From Octopus vulgaris (taxonomy: Eukaryota), in assembly GCA_951406725.2 (NCBI GenBank), contig OX597817.1:74772001-74836000 (forward strand): DNA of 64,000 nt, in the 5' to 3' direction. Under the pieces are notes generated by a model that was not told the DNA's origin, ran no database searches, and worked only from the letters and a program-made list of their open reading frames with translations. The first letter of the stretch is position 1. Every line of letters starts with the position of its first letter. The position numbers were made by a program, and so were the translations under genes. Below, piece after piece: positions 1 to 11,188 of the stretch.

Positions 1-1732
1 GTTATTTGCAATAAACCAGTGTTTAATATAAAAAAATGTACCTCTCAACCAGTAAACCCTATGAAACTGAGTGAAGCACTGGCTGTTACATGCTTCTATA
101 AGTTCATCATCATTGACATCCATGACATACTGGCATGGGTTGGCAATGTGATAGAATCTGATGGGTCCAAGGACTGCATCATACTCCAGTGACTGTTTTG
201 GCATGGTTTTTGTGCCTGAATGCCTTCTTTATGCCAACCACTTTACAGTGTGTACTAGGTACTTTTCGCATGCCACCAGCACTAGCAACGTTGCAATGCA
301 GGTTACAAACCTATGAAACCTGAAGAGAGGGACTTTATGCTAGCAGATGAGAGCTAAGGTATGAGAGAAGGGGTGAGGTAGAGCAAGTTCTTGTTGTAGG
401 GGAGCTACATGGCTATTCACATTAAAGAGAGTGAGAAATGAATCTGATGTAACTTCAAAAAGATAGTGGTTATTAAGTGTTCAAGTAGCACCTCAAGTTA
501 CGAGGAGGTAAGTGGAGAAAGAAACTAGGTGGTATGTATTTAAAAAATAGAAAAATTGTTTTACCCAAGGAGGAGTTGTACTGTAGGCTTTCACAGGCCT
601 ACTGAAAGTGGGTGGTTCGATGTGGGTGATGTTAAAGATATAGATATTTTAAAGATGGAAAATATACCCTTTTAAAGTCTTTATAACTTCAAAACTATAC
701 AGTTATTTTTTTACTTTTCACAATCTTTTCGTAAGTGACCAAAACTCCATTTACTGATATTTCTTCCTGTTTCTACACAATCTTAACTATAACATGATAT
801 TCATGGTATCATATTTTGTTAGCATTGTACAACCTTCTAACTTGTGATGGCTAAGTCTCACTTTTTGTTACAACACCTAGTTTTGCACTATTTTTATACA
901 TAAACTTGCACAAAAGCTAAAACACACACTCATACTCTCTCTCTCTCTCTCTCTCTTGTAAGGCTAAACTACTGCCTTTAGTTCAATAGTGGTTGATGCA
1001 GTGAATATTCTAGATGTCTTGCAAGGTAACAGGTGTTAAAAATACCATATTTCCCTTGTGGTATGTTTGAGCTCTCATTTTCCTTGTTTAATTCACATTA
1101 AGTCATATCACCAACCACTTGTTGAGTTATTCATTGTCATTAAATGCCTATCTCTAGATGAACTAAAATTGTATTATGTTCATATGCAAGCTCTCTCTCT
1201 CTCCCTCTGTATTTGTGTGTATGCAAATTCGTTTGACCAGGTCACCATCATTATCTCCCTTTCATTCAGCCTCTTTCTTCTGGCTATTTGATCATGTTAA
1301 ACTGTTAATCCCTACACATTTTTTCTCTCTCCACTTTCTTTCATTCTTTCTCCTATTTTTTTCTTTTTAATCCTTTCTGTCGAAGAGTATAGGCTTGAAA
1401 TGTAAAAGACTTTTCCATTCTTCCTGAGTGTTAGACTAACACACCTGCTTGTTGTTCCTACACCTGTTTTCATCTTTTGTTTTCCGTAAATTTGGCTTCA
1501 GCGTCCACTTTTCCAAGCTTGCATGGATTAAATAGATTTTATTGAAACAGGTTTTCCACAGCTGATTGCCTTTCCTGTCACCAACCCTCACCTCCATGAG
1601 CAGACATGTTTTTATAGAAGTTTAGTAATGAAGGACACTACTTGCATGACAGTGAGATTTGTTTTACAACTATCTCATGATGTCAAAGCAAGAAGACAGT
1701 AACACACCCATGCAAATATATATACATATATA

Positions 1733-1876
1733 CATCATCATCGTCTAACGTCTGTTTTCCATGCTAGCATGGGTTGAACGGTTTGACTGGGGTCTGGGAA
1801 GCCAGGAGGCTGCACCAGGCTCCAGTCTGATCTGGCAGTGTTTCTACAGCTGGATGCCCTTCCTAACGCTAACCAC
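1733..1876 (-). mobile_element. 3'-terminal fragment of the RTE LINE family
   Basis: Reverse complement closely matches 9034-9183, including ccatgctagcatgg and the (GAT)n tail. Sits in the microsatellite of a minus-strand SINE C (~1500-2095). Confidence 0.88.
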
Positions 1877-1883
1877 ACAATAA

Positions 1884-1939
<56 letters not shown>

Positions 1940-3027
1940 GCAACAGGCTTCTTACAGTTTCCATCTTCCAAGTCCATTAACAAGCCTTTGGTTGATCTAG
2001 GGCTTTAGTGGAAGATATTTGCCCAATGTGCCACGCTGTGGAACTGTATGCAGAACCATGTAATTGGGAAATAAACTTCTCGCCATATAGCCAAATCTGT
2101 ATGACAGTGTTGGAGTAAAATCTGGATGCAAGGAAGCTGGTATTGTGTTAACTTGATTGGATTAGTTAAAAGATGTGGTTGAGTACTTATAAACATAATT
2201 ATGAAAAGGTTACTTGTGAATAGCATCTTGTTCTTAAAAACAAAGGGAAGCATTATAGTTATATGACGACAGATTTGCAGTGGAGTTGGTATAACTGTCA
2301 AATCAAATGGTACTGAATTTTTTTCATTTAGAAAGAATTTTTCTGGTATCACTTGAAACAGAAGCTACAAATTTTAATTCATTTTTGAAGTTTGTTATTC
2401 GTCTATTTTTGATTACTTATTTTTGATATCTTCCCTTAGTAAGTCTTTTTTTTTTAAAGACTTTGGTTAATTGCTTTTAAAAAATATTGATTATTGTTTA
2501 TCTTTCTCTCTCTCTCATCAGATGACTGGTTAATTTTGGCAAACTGACTGATAAATTATGGCATCATGCTGTGTAAATCTTTTAAGGGCTTACATTTAGA
2601 ATATTAAATAGCTTCCCATAGAAGTATTTCAGCTAATTTGCAAAATGAATATGAGTGCAATATAAATTTAGATAATTGTTTCTCTTAATGATGAAAAATA
2701 ATATTTTGTATAATAATGTAAGCATGTTTGATGATTCTGTCTGAATAGGTTAGATATGGGCATATTTGTGTAGTCAAGAAGTTTACTTCACAACCATGTG
2801 ATTTCAGTTTCAATCCTTTTGCATGGCAGCTTGCATGAGTGTCTCCTACTACTGCTTCAGGTTGCCCAATGGTCACAGAATATTGCCTCAAGATATTTCA
2901 TCTATCTTAAAATGAGCTGCTTGGAGGATGTCTGCGCTCTCCGAGTGCTTTTCTAGTTTGAGCCATTTTTTCTTCCTAATTTAAATATGACATAAGGAAC
3001 AGATTTTTAACTATATTGTCTTGTGAG

Positions 3028-3260
3028 AAGGCGGCGAGCTGGCAGAAACGTTAGCATGCCGGGCGAAATGCGTAGCCGTATTTCGTCTGCCGTTATTTTC
3101 TGGGTTCAAATTCCGCCAAGGTCAACTTTGCCTTTCATCCTTTCAGGGTCGATAAATTAAGTACCAGTTACACACTGGGGTCGATGTAATCGACTTAATC
3201 CGTTTGTCTGTCCTTGTTTGTCCCCTCTGTGTTTAGCTCCTTGTGGGTAGTAAAGAAATA
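3028..3260 (+). mobile_element. tRNA-derived SINE, family B (tail type 1)
   Basis: A-box-like tggcagaaacgttag, B-box gggttcaaattcc, central gcctttcatcctttcagggtcgataaattaagtacc. Perfect 16-bp TSD tatattgtcttgtgag (3012-3027, 3261-3276). Confidence 0.92.
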
Positions 3261-4208
3261 TATATTGTCTTGTGAGGACTTAAGTTTTCTTTGTTTTTCT
3301 TTATCTTGTTTACAAAGGTTGTGTGCTGTGTAAATTATAGTCAGTTCTAATTAAGAACGAAATAGGCTACCATATAATTTATTTTACTAATGAACACTTA
3401 ATCAAATCTGTGATGATAATGTTTACAATCTGACTCTGAATCTGTAAACTTTAAATTTCACATTTATTCTTTTCTTTTTTTTTTCTTCCTTTCAAAGGAT
3501 ATGAATTTACTATTAGTTCTTAGAAAACAATTTGTTTTTAGTTTGTTTTATATACTATTTTAAAAGTGTTTCTTGTGATTAGGTTTTACAATAATGTCTT
3601 TTTTTTCTTTTAACTATTAAGGTTTCTTCAGTGTATTTCAAAACTACTTTTTGACTGGCAGTATTTTGAAATAAAGCCTTTTATTTATTTATGTATTTTT
3701 TTAATACCCTGTAAAGAAATTGTGAGAAGCCTAAATAACTCTGTATTTTAAAGTTTTGACCAGTAGGCTTCACAAAGTATTTATTTGCACTTTCATTGTT
3801 ATCATCGTCATGGCTTTCATGTCCACGTTTTCCATGCTTGCATGGGTCACTTGGAGTTTATTGAGACAGATTTTCTATAATTGGAGGCTATTAATCGTCA
3901 CCAAACTAATATTTCCTTTTAGCAAAATATATTTTCACAGAATATTGGGAATGAATGACATTGCTTGTTTGAAACAACTATCATGCAGTGTCAAAACAAG
4001 GAGACACCCACATACATGCACAGTGGGCTTCTTTTAGTTTCCACCTGCCAAATCCTCTAACAAGATATTTTTTCCAAGGTGCCATGCAATGGGACTGAAC
4101 CTTAAATCATGTAACCATACAGCCACACCTATGACACCTCTAATAAATACGCAGCTTATGTATCTCAATTAAATTAAGAAATAGATAATTTTGAGGGATT
4201 TTTCATTG

Positions 4209-4433
4209 TTAATCCTTTTGTTAGCAACCTGCTTAAGATTACCCCTGGTTCTATAATATAAATTTCCTATTTTAAATTGAACTAAATTAAAAACTGCCTT
4301 CAAAATTTCATGTTATATTTGAAACATCAGCTTAATAATAACAAAGTTATTTCACTAAATTCTTAATTGTTTTTGAAATTAATTAAAACAGAAACAGAGT
4401 ATCTCAACAGAAATATGGTAATAAAAGTACTAA
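4209..4433 (+). mobile_element. piggyBac-like MITE family E
   Basis: ttaa-tccttttg start; body similar to 10996-11188, 37535-37597 and 62000-62185. Confidence 0.7.
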
Positions 4434-5145
4434 GTTGATGTACGAAATATAACTTTTAACATAAAAATTATAACTGATGGATTTCATTTAGATATGAACA
4501 TTTCAAAACTGAACTTTTTTTTATAACGGAACCTGAAGTGTTCCCAGGCAGGTTGGTGTCAAAAGAGTTAAGGTGTTATGTATATGCTATCATATCTTAC
4601 TCTATAATATATATATTAGTTAAGCTACTATATAGTTAAATTTCATTGACAAGCATTTTCCTTTCAATTTTGATTTGTAAGGTTCCATAAATTTAATAAC
4701 TCCTGTCTTCTCAATATATTTGGTGGTGGTTGATGTTTAGCTTCCATGTCAGTTTTGATAAAGCAGAACTTATCTTCCATTACATTTCTGTTGTGGCCAT
4801 CCTATTTTTGCCTTTTTAAGGTAGTATACTTAGGACTACATGGTTCAATGTGTTCTCTTTTATTTTTTAAACAACAGATGTTAGATTTGAGGGATATTTG
4901 CTATTTCTAGTAGGGTTAGTCATTGACCCACACTATAGTTGTTCTGTGTCGAGGTGTCTGACATGAAGCTTGGAAAAAGGAAGACAGATTTGCTTCAGTG
5001 GTTTTCAGACAGAAACAACAGGAATGTGGGGAAATATCCTGATTTTACATTCTTTTAATATGTCACAAGTGTGAATAAGAAAAGCCATTTTATTCAGTTG
5101 TGCAAATTATGTAATAACCCCCTCGCCCAGGATGACATTATAAAC

Positions 5146-5372
5146 CAGTGTTTCTCAACCAGGGTTCCAGAGAACCCTAGGTTTCCGCAAAAGGTTCCTA
5201 GAGGTTCCGCAAGAAAGAGTCAGATAAGCTAATGCTTATTTCAAGATTGTAATATTACTATATGTGTACGACATATTATTGTTTATTGTAATAATGTAAT
5301 ATAGACCTCATCCTATCTACATCCTATTATGTTATAAAAATCTAACAACCATTGGGGATATATTTAGTGATG

Positions 5373-5424
<52 letters not shown>

Positions 5425-5554
5425 ATCATTACTATGTGAACTATGATGAAAAAATGAGAAAGATATAGTATATAATTTTTTTTATGCAGGGGTTCCTTGA
5501 GATATGTAATTCATTTTAAGGGTTATGCAATGATAAAAAGGTTTAGAAACACTG
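5146..5554. mobile_element. hAT (Charlie-like) non-autonomous DNA transposon / MITE with internal (TA)n
   Basis: 15-bp TIRs cagtgtttctcaacc / ggtttagaaacactg (1 mismatch) and subterminal gggttcc repeats. TSD degenerate. Confidence 0.75.
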
Positions 5555-5586
5555 CTAAACTAATATCAGGTATTGTTACATATAGA

Positions 5587-8378
5587 GTAATTGAGGTAAT
5601 CAGAGTAAGTGACAGAATACTTAAGATTAGAATAGTGCTTCATAATAGATTAGCAACCATTATATCGGCCTATGCCCCTCAGCCAGGGCTACCCGATGGA
5701 CAGAAAGACAGTTTCTATGACACCCTACTGCAGACCACCTCATTGACGAACGACAGGGACCTTCTCTTTGTGGCTGGTGATTTCAATGGGCATGTTGGAC
5801 AACATGCTGGGGGCTTCCATGGCGTACATGGAGGCTACGGTTATGGTTCCCGCAACGAGGAGGGAACCAGGCTGCTGGAGTTCTGCGATGCGAATAGTCT
5901 TATGGTCTGCAACACTAACTTCAGGAAACCAACAAGCCACCTGGTCACCTACCGATCGGGCCGGCATACTAGCCAAATCGACTACATCCTTGCCAGAAAA
6001 AGGGAAAGATGGCTGCTTATAAATGCCAAAACCTTCCCAGGCGAAGAATGCACCCCACAACATAGACTGGTAGTTAGTGACTTTAGGATCAGGACTAAGA
6101 GGGCGACTAGAAGACGACCAACATGGAGAAGAAGGGTCTGGAAGCTTAAAGACCCTGCGAATGGACAGAGATTTAGAGATATGTTACTTGAAGCCTTTGA
6201 CGAAGTGGAAGGGGGTATAGCTACACATGGGGTAGAAGACAACTGGACGTTTCTGAGGGACAACCTGCTGAAAGCCGCTGACCAGATCTGTGGCTGGTGC
6301 AAAGTCCCCTTAAGACCCAAAATAACATGGTGGTGGAACAATATTGTTGACAGGGCTATTAGACAAAAGAAACAGGCTTGGAAGAACGGTGGTAGCAGGG
6401 AAGGGTATCAGACTGCCAGAAGGGAAGCTAGGAGACAGGTCTATCTAGCCAGAGGGGAAGCAGATAAGAGAAAATTTGCCAATGTCCTGCGCCGTGAGGA
6501 TGAAAGACTTGAGGTATTTTGTGTTGCAAGACAGTGTGTGAGAGAGAATCGTGATGTGGTAGGAGAGAAATGTGTTCGCATGGAGGATGGTTCACTTGCG
6601 CTAAATGAGGATGCAAAGAGAGAAGCTTGGAGACGCCACTATGAAAGGTTGCTGAATGAGGAAAATGAATGGGATAAAGAGAGTCTGCCGAATGTTGACC
6701 CTACAGAGGGACCAGCTATCCGAGTTGATAGTTCCGTGGTAGCTAAGGCAATTAGAAGCATGAAGACAGGGAAAGCCCCAGGCCCATCAGGAATTACTGC
6801 AGAGATGCTCAAAATATCTGGCAGTGTCGGCTATAACCTAGTCACCCGTATAGTCAACCAGGTGATACACGAAGGAGTCATACCCAATGACTGGTGCAGC
6901 AGCATACTAGTCAACTGCTACAAAGGTAAAGGTGATGCCCTAGATACAAATAATTACAGAGGTATCAAGCTGTTGGATCAAGTAATGAAGGTTACGGAGA
7001 GGTCATAGCCCAACTAATTAGAGAGAGAGTTAGTTTAGATGAGATGCAGTTTGGGTTCGTGCCAGGGAAAAGTACCACTGATGCTATATTCCTGGTAAGG
7101 CAGCTGCAGGAGAAATACCTAGCCAAAGATAAGCCCCTGTACCTGGCTTTCGTTGACATGGAGAAAGCTTTTGATAGGGTCCCCCGATCCCTTATCTGGT
7201 GGTCAATGAGGAAACTAGGGATAGATGAATGGCTGGTGAGGACTGTGCAAGCCATGTACAGAGATGCCGTAAGTAAGGTTAGGGTTGGCAACATGTACAC
7301 AGAAGAATTCAAAGTAGAGGTTGGGGTCCACCAGGGTTCAGTACTCAGCCCCCTCCTATTTATCATAGTACTCCAAGCAATTACGGAGGAATTCAAGACA
7401 GGCTGTCCCTGGGAGCTCCTCTACGCTGACGACCTTGCTCTTATTGCTGAGTCACTATCAGAACTGGAGGAGAAGTTCCAGGTGTGGAAGGAGGGTTTAG
7501 AATCAAGGGGCCTTAGAGTCAACCTAGCTAAAACCAAAGTACTAATAAGTAGAAAGGTAGACAATCCACAAATATCTTCAGGAAGATGGCCCTGCTCGAT
7601 CTGTAGAAAAGGTGTAGGTAGAAACTCTATAAGATGTACCCAGTGTAAGCTATGGACACATAAGAGGTGCAGCAATGTCAAAGGTAGGCTAACTGGGAAG
7701 ATAGTTTTTGTATGTGGCAGATGCTCGGGAGCATTAACCTCCGAAAATCTGCAGAAAACAACTTCCGTCACTTTCCAGGGGGAAAAACTAGAAGTAGTTG
7801 ATAGCTTCCGTTATCTAGGTGACCAAGTCAGTAGTGGGGGTGGGTGCGCTGAAAGTGTAACTGCTAGAATAAGAATAGCCTGGGCAAAGTTTAGGGAGCT
7901 CTTACCTCTGCTGGTGACTAAAGGCCTCTCGCTCAGAGTAAAAGGCAGACTGTATGATGCGTGTGTACGAACAGCCATGCTACATGGCAGCGAAACATGG
8001 GCCGTGACTGCTGAGGACATGCGTAAGCTCGTGAGGAATGAAGCCAGTATGCTCCGATGGATGTGTAATGTCAGTATACATACTCGACAGAGCGTTAGCA
8101 CCTTGAGAGAAATGTTGTACCTAAGAAGCATCAGTTGTGGTGTGCAAGAGAGACGATTGCGCTGGTATGGTCATGTGGCGAGAATGGATGAAGATAGGTG
8201 TGTGAGAAAGTGCCAATCCCTAGCAGTTGAGGGAACCCGTGGAAGAGGTAGACCCAGGAAAACCTGGGACGAGGTGGTGAAGCACGACCTTCGAACTTTA
8301 GGCCTCACTGAGGAAATGACCAGCGACCGAGACCTTTGGAAATATTCTGTACGTGAGAAGACCAGGCAGGACAAGTGA
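5587..8378 (+). pseudogene. Disrupted EN-RT polyprotein ORF of the RTE LINE (ORFs 5497-7008 and 7044-8378 are one ORF split by a 1-bp deletion near 7002)
   Basis: acg gag agg tca tag at ~6994-7008 versus atg gag aga gtc gta gcc in the copy at ~45799. Restoring one base fuses the two ORFs. The first ~30 codons of ORF 5497 lie in flanking non-LINE DNA. Confidence 0.88.
7593..7724 (+). other. PHD-type (C4HC3) zinc finger coded inside the LINE RT region
   Basis: CSIC-x10-CTQC-x4-H-x2-C-x14-CGRC, with W two residues before the His and F two residues before the last Cys pair. Confidence 0.85.
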
Positions 8379-8461
8379 GCCCAGCCCACTTATGAATGCC
8401 TTTCCTCCCTTGGACACAAAGACCTGTTGAGGCAAGCGAAGTCGATATAGAACCTCATCCG

Positions 8462-8903
8462 ACGACAGACACCCATGCCAACCCCCCATGCTTGCGAAGA
8501 CATGTTGGGGCAAGCGAAATCGAAACCGAATTGAACCAGCCAGGATCCCTGGCCTGGTGGTACGTAAAAAGCACTATCCGACTCGTGGCCGTGGCACGTA
8601 AAATACTCCAATGCGACCGTACGACAGGCACCCATGCCAACCCCCTTTGCTTGTGAAGACATGTTGGGGCAATCGAAATCGAATTGAACCAGCCAGGATC
8701 CCTGGTCTGGTGGTACGTAAAAAGCACTATCCGACTCGTGGCCGTGGCACGTAAAATACTCCAATGCGACCGTACGACAGGCACCCATGCCAACCCCCTT
8801 TGCTTGTGAAGACATGTTGGGGCAAGCGAAATCGAAATCGAATTGAACCAGCCAGGATTCCTGGTCTGGTGGTACGTAAAAAGCACTATCCGACTCGTGG
8901 CCG
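8462..8903 (+). repeat. ~155-bp tandem repeat (~2.8 copies) in the LINE 3' UTR
   Basis: acccatgccaacccc recurs at 8471, 8630 and 8783 (periods 159 and 153) and the units are near-identical. Confidence 0.92.
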
Positions 8904-9272
8904 ATGCCAGCACCGCCTCGACTGGCTTCCGTGCCGGTGGCACATAAAATACACCAATCTGACTGTGGCCGTTGCCAGCCCCGCCTGGCACCTGTGCAGG
9001 TGGCACGTAAAAAGCACCCACTACACTCACGGAGTGGTTGGCGTTAGGAAGGGCATCCAGCTGTAGAAACATTGCCAGATTAGACTGGAGCCTGGTGCAG
9101 CCTTCTGGCTTCCCAGAACCCCGGTCGAACCGTCCAACCCATGCTAGTATGGAGAACGGACGTTAAACGATGATGATGATGATCAAGTGATAAGTGAGTG
9201 CTTTCTTACACTTGAGCTGGGTATTGAATTGTAACTTTATTTGTTGCATAAGGTATTTGATATATGGATCTC

Positions 9273-9499
9273 TTAAACTTTAGCATTTAATCTGGCCATA
9301 TCCAGCCCAAATATTCTACCTGATTTATGTTAAAACTGACTAGATTCACACTCTCACTCTTACCATACAATGTCCCTCTAAAAATATACAAACACACTGT
9401 TAAAATCTTAAAACTACAAAATAATGCATGATTAATTCTAAATAACGTAAATAAATAAGCAATACTTTTAACAAAGAAATCTGAATGCTAAAAGATTAA
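9273..9499 (-). mobile_element. piggyBac-like MITE family D
   Basis: TTAA-flanked with ctttagcatt / aatgctaaaag termini; reverse complement of 9931-10150. Confidence 0.75.
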
Positions 9500-9930
9500 C
9501 ATTACTTCTAGCAACAGTTTATTCCACAAATCAAATATGGACAGGGTTCTTTTTCCTGAAAGATTCAGTATGGTTCCTACTCAGTTGGCCTTGCCATTTT
9601 TGGTATCAATATAATGGTTACTTATATTTGAAAATATATTCACCAGTATTTCTTATTGCCAGTTAAACTGGGGCAATGATGTTTTTGTGAAACATTGACA
9701 TGTAACTTGCAAACAACCTACTGGATCCTTGGATTAATTTTTTTTCCAAGTTTTCAACTCTTAGTTAATGCATAAAAGAAGCACTGCTGTGTGAACTGCA
9801 TTTGAAGAATTAGATAATAGATGACTTTATTTCTGGAATAATATCAGCCAGTATGTAAGACTTAGGCTAATCAAATGAAATGCTGGACTTAGAAACAGTA
9901 GTAACACAAACTGGAGGATTGGATTAGACT

Positions 9931-10150
9931 TTAACTCTTTAGCATTCGGATTACTTTGTCAAATGTAATGCTTATTTATTCACATTGTTTTGAATTAATC
10001 ATGCATTATCTTGTAGCTTTGAGATATCAATACTATGATTATTTTCAGACTAACATTCTAGGATAAGTGTGAAAGGCCAGATCTGGTCAATTTGAACATA
10101 AAACAGGTATTTTATTTTGGCCAGATATGGTGAGTTTAAATGCTTAAGGG
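9931..10150 (+). mobile_element. piggyBac-like MITE family D
   Basis: ttaa-ctctttagcatt...aatgcttaaggg; same ~220-bp body as the 16963 and 33382 copies. Confidence 0.78.
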
Positions 10151-10408
10151 TGCTTGCATATGTAATCAGGATATGCTTGTAAATATTATTACTGTTACAA
10201 AGGAGGACACCAAACCAAAAAGGACTTATAAAAGAATCTCCCCCCTTTTTTAAAATCTTTTTTCATGACTGCAGGAAATGTCTAGTGAGGCTTGTCATAT
10301 ATTACAAGTGTGGATAAGAAAGACCATTTTGTTCAGTTGTGCAAATTATGTAATAAATCTCCAGGATGACATTATAGACAAATTTCTGAGGCTTTATTAG
10401 CTTCTTCA

Positions 10409-10623
10409 AGGCGACAAGCTGGCAGAGTTGTTAGCACGCCGGGCAAAATGCTTAGTGGTATTTTGTCTGCTGTTACGTTCTGAGTTCAAACTCCACCAAG
10501 GTCAACTTTGCCTTTCATCCTTTCGGGGTTGATAAATTAAGTACCAGTTACATACTGGGGTCGATCTAATTGACTGGCCCCCCTCCCCCAAAATTTTGTG
10601 CCTTGTGCCTAGAGTAAAAAAGA
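10409..10623 (+). mobile_element. tRNA-derived SINE, family B (tail type 2)
   Basis: Same head/core as 3028-3260 with a different 3' tail. Perfect 15-bp TSD ttattagcttcttca (10394-10408, 10624-10638). Confidence 0.92.
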
Positions 10624-11188
10624 TTATTAGCTTCTTCAGCTGTATTGGAACATCTTGAGTTATGCACTCATTAATATTGTAATTAACAATCAATCAATGC
10701 AAGCTTTAGTTGTGTAAGCACTGACATTTTAATCAAAGCTGATATTTCTCAATAGAATGTTTTAATCCTTAAACAATTCAGAATCATGTGGAGATGTCAG
10801 TTCAGCTTAGTTCTTGAATGATGGGAATATGTGAAGTTGACATTCGAATGTTGAAAAGTTGCACAAACACTAGTCACTCTAGTTATATACAGTCTCTGCT
10901 GGGATGTTATACTTTATATTTCAGTTATATTCAGTCTCTGGATGTTATACTTTGACACAGCTTCATATCTCAGCATTTTTGAGTGGTATTTACGTTTAGT
11001 CCTTTTGACTCCAGCTTCATCTGAGACTGCTTTTGGTTCTATGATACAAGATTTTTATTTTAAAATGATACAAGTTAAAACTGCCCATCATAATGTGATG
11101 TTAATTTATGTCCTAAACACCAGATTAATAATAATGACATGGTTAAGTTACTAAATTATTCACTATTTTCAAAATTAATTGAAACATA

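Larger units (their letters stand above)
5587..9183 (+). mobile_element. RTE-clade non-LTR retrotransposon (LINE), 5'-truncated, young copy
   Basis: APE endonuclease motifs (SAYAPQ, GDFNGHVG, SQIDYIL, QHRLV), RT motifs (NYRGIKLL, QFGF, FVDMEKAFD, GVHQGSVLSP, YADD at 7422-7433), RTE-type C-terminus (RRLRWYGHV...RGRGRPRKTW), ~800 bp 3' UTR ending in (GAT)n at 9169-9183. CpG-retaining and more GC-rich than the flanks. No clear TSD. Confidence 0.95.

Noticed and set aside
3031-3116. tRNA genes at SINE heads (also 19698, 26359, 27583, 41265, 50579)
   Set aside because: A/B boxes are followed by SINE bodies, tails and TSDs, and I could not build a proper cloverleaf.
3280-3325. gtttacaaag|gt as the end of the upstream RanBP9 exon (..YKG)
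   Set aside because: Upstream sequence is a T-rich non-coding tract with no similarity to the expected SWSPKD..IGLS..LRVH peptide.
5497-5586. Start of the 503-aa ORF as a true LINE/gene N-terminus
   Set aside because: It begins at TTG inside the hAT MITE and flanking DNA. The endonuclease N-terminal motifs are missing, so the LINE is 5'-truncated.
8462-8903. CRISPR-like or RT-associated ncRNA array next to a reverse transcriptase
   Set aside because: Units are contiguous ~155-bp tandem copies without unique spacers, and the RT is a eukaryotic APE-type LINE, not a retron/DRT/group II RT.
8390-9072. Minus-strand ORFs of 141 and 205 aa with internal repeats
   Set aside because: They are translations of the LINE 3' UTR tandem repeat, with no protein-like features.
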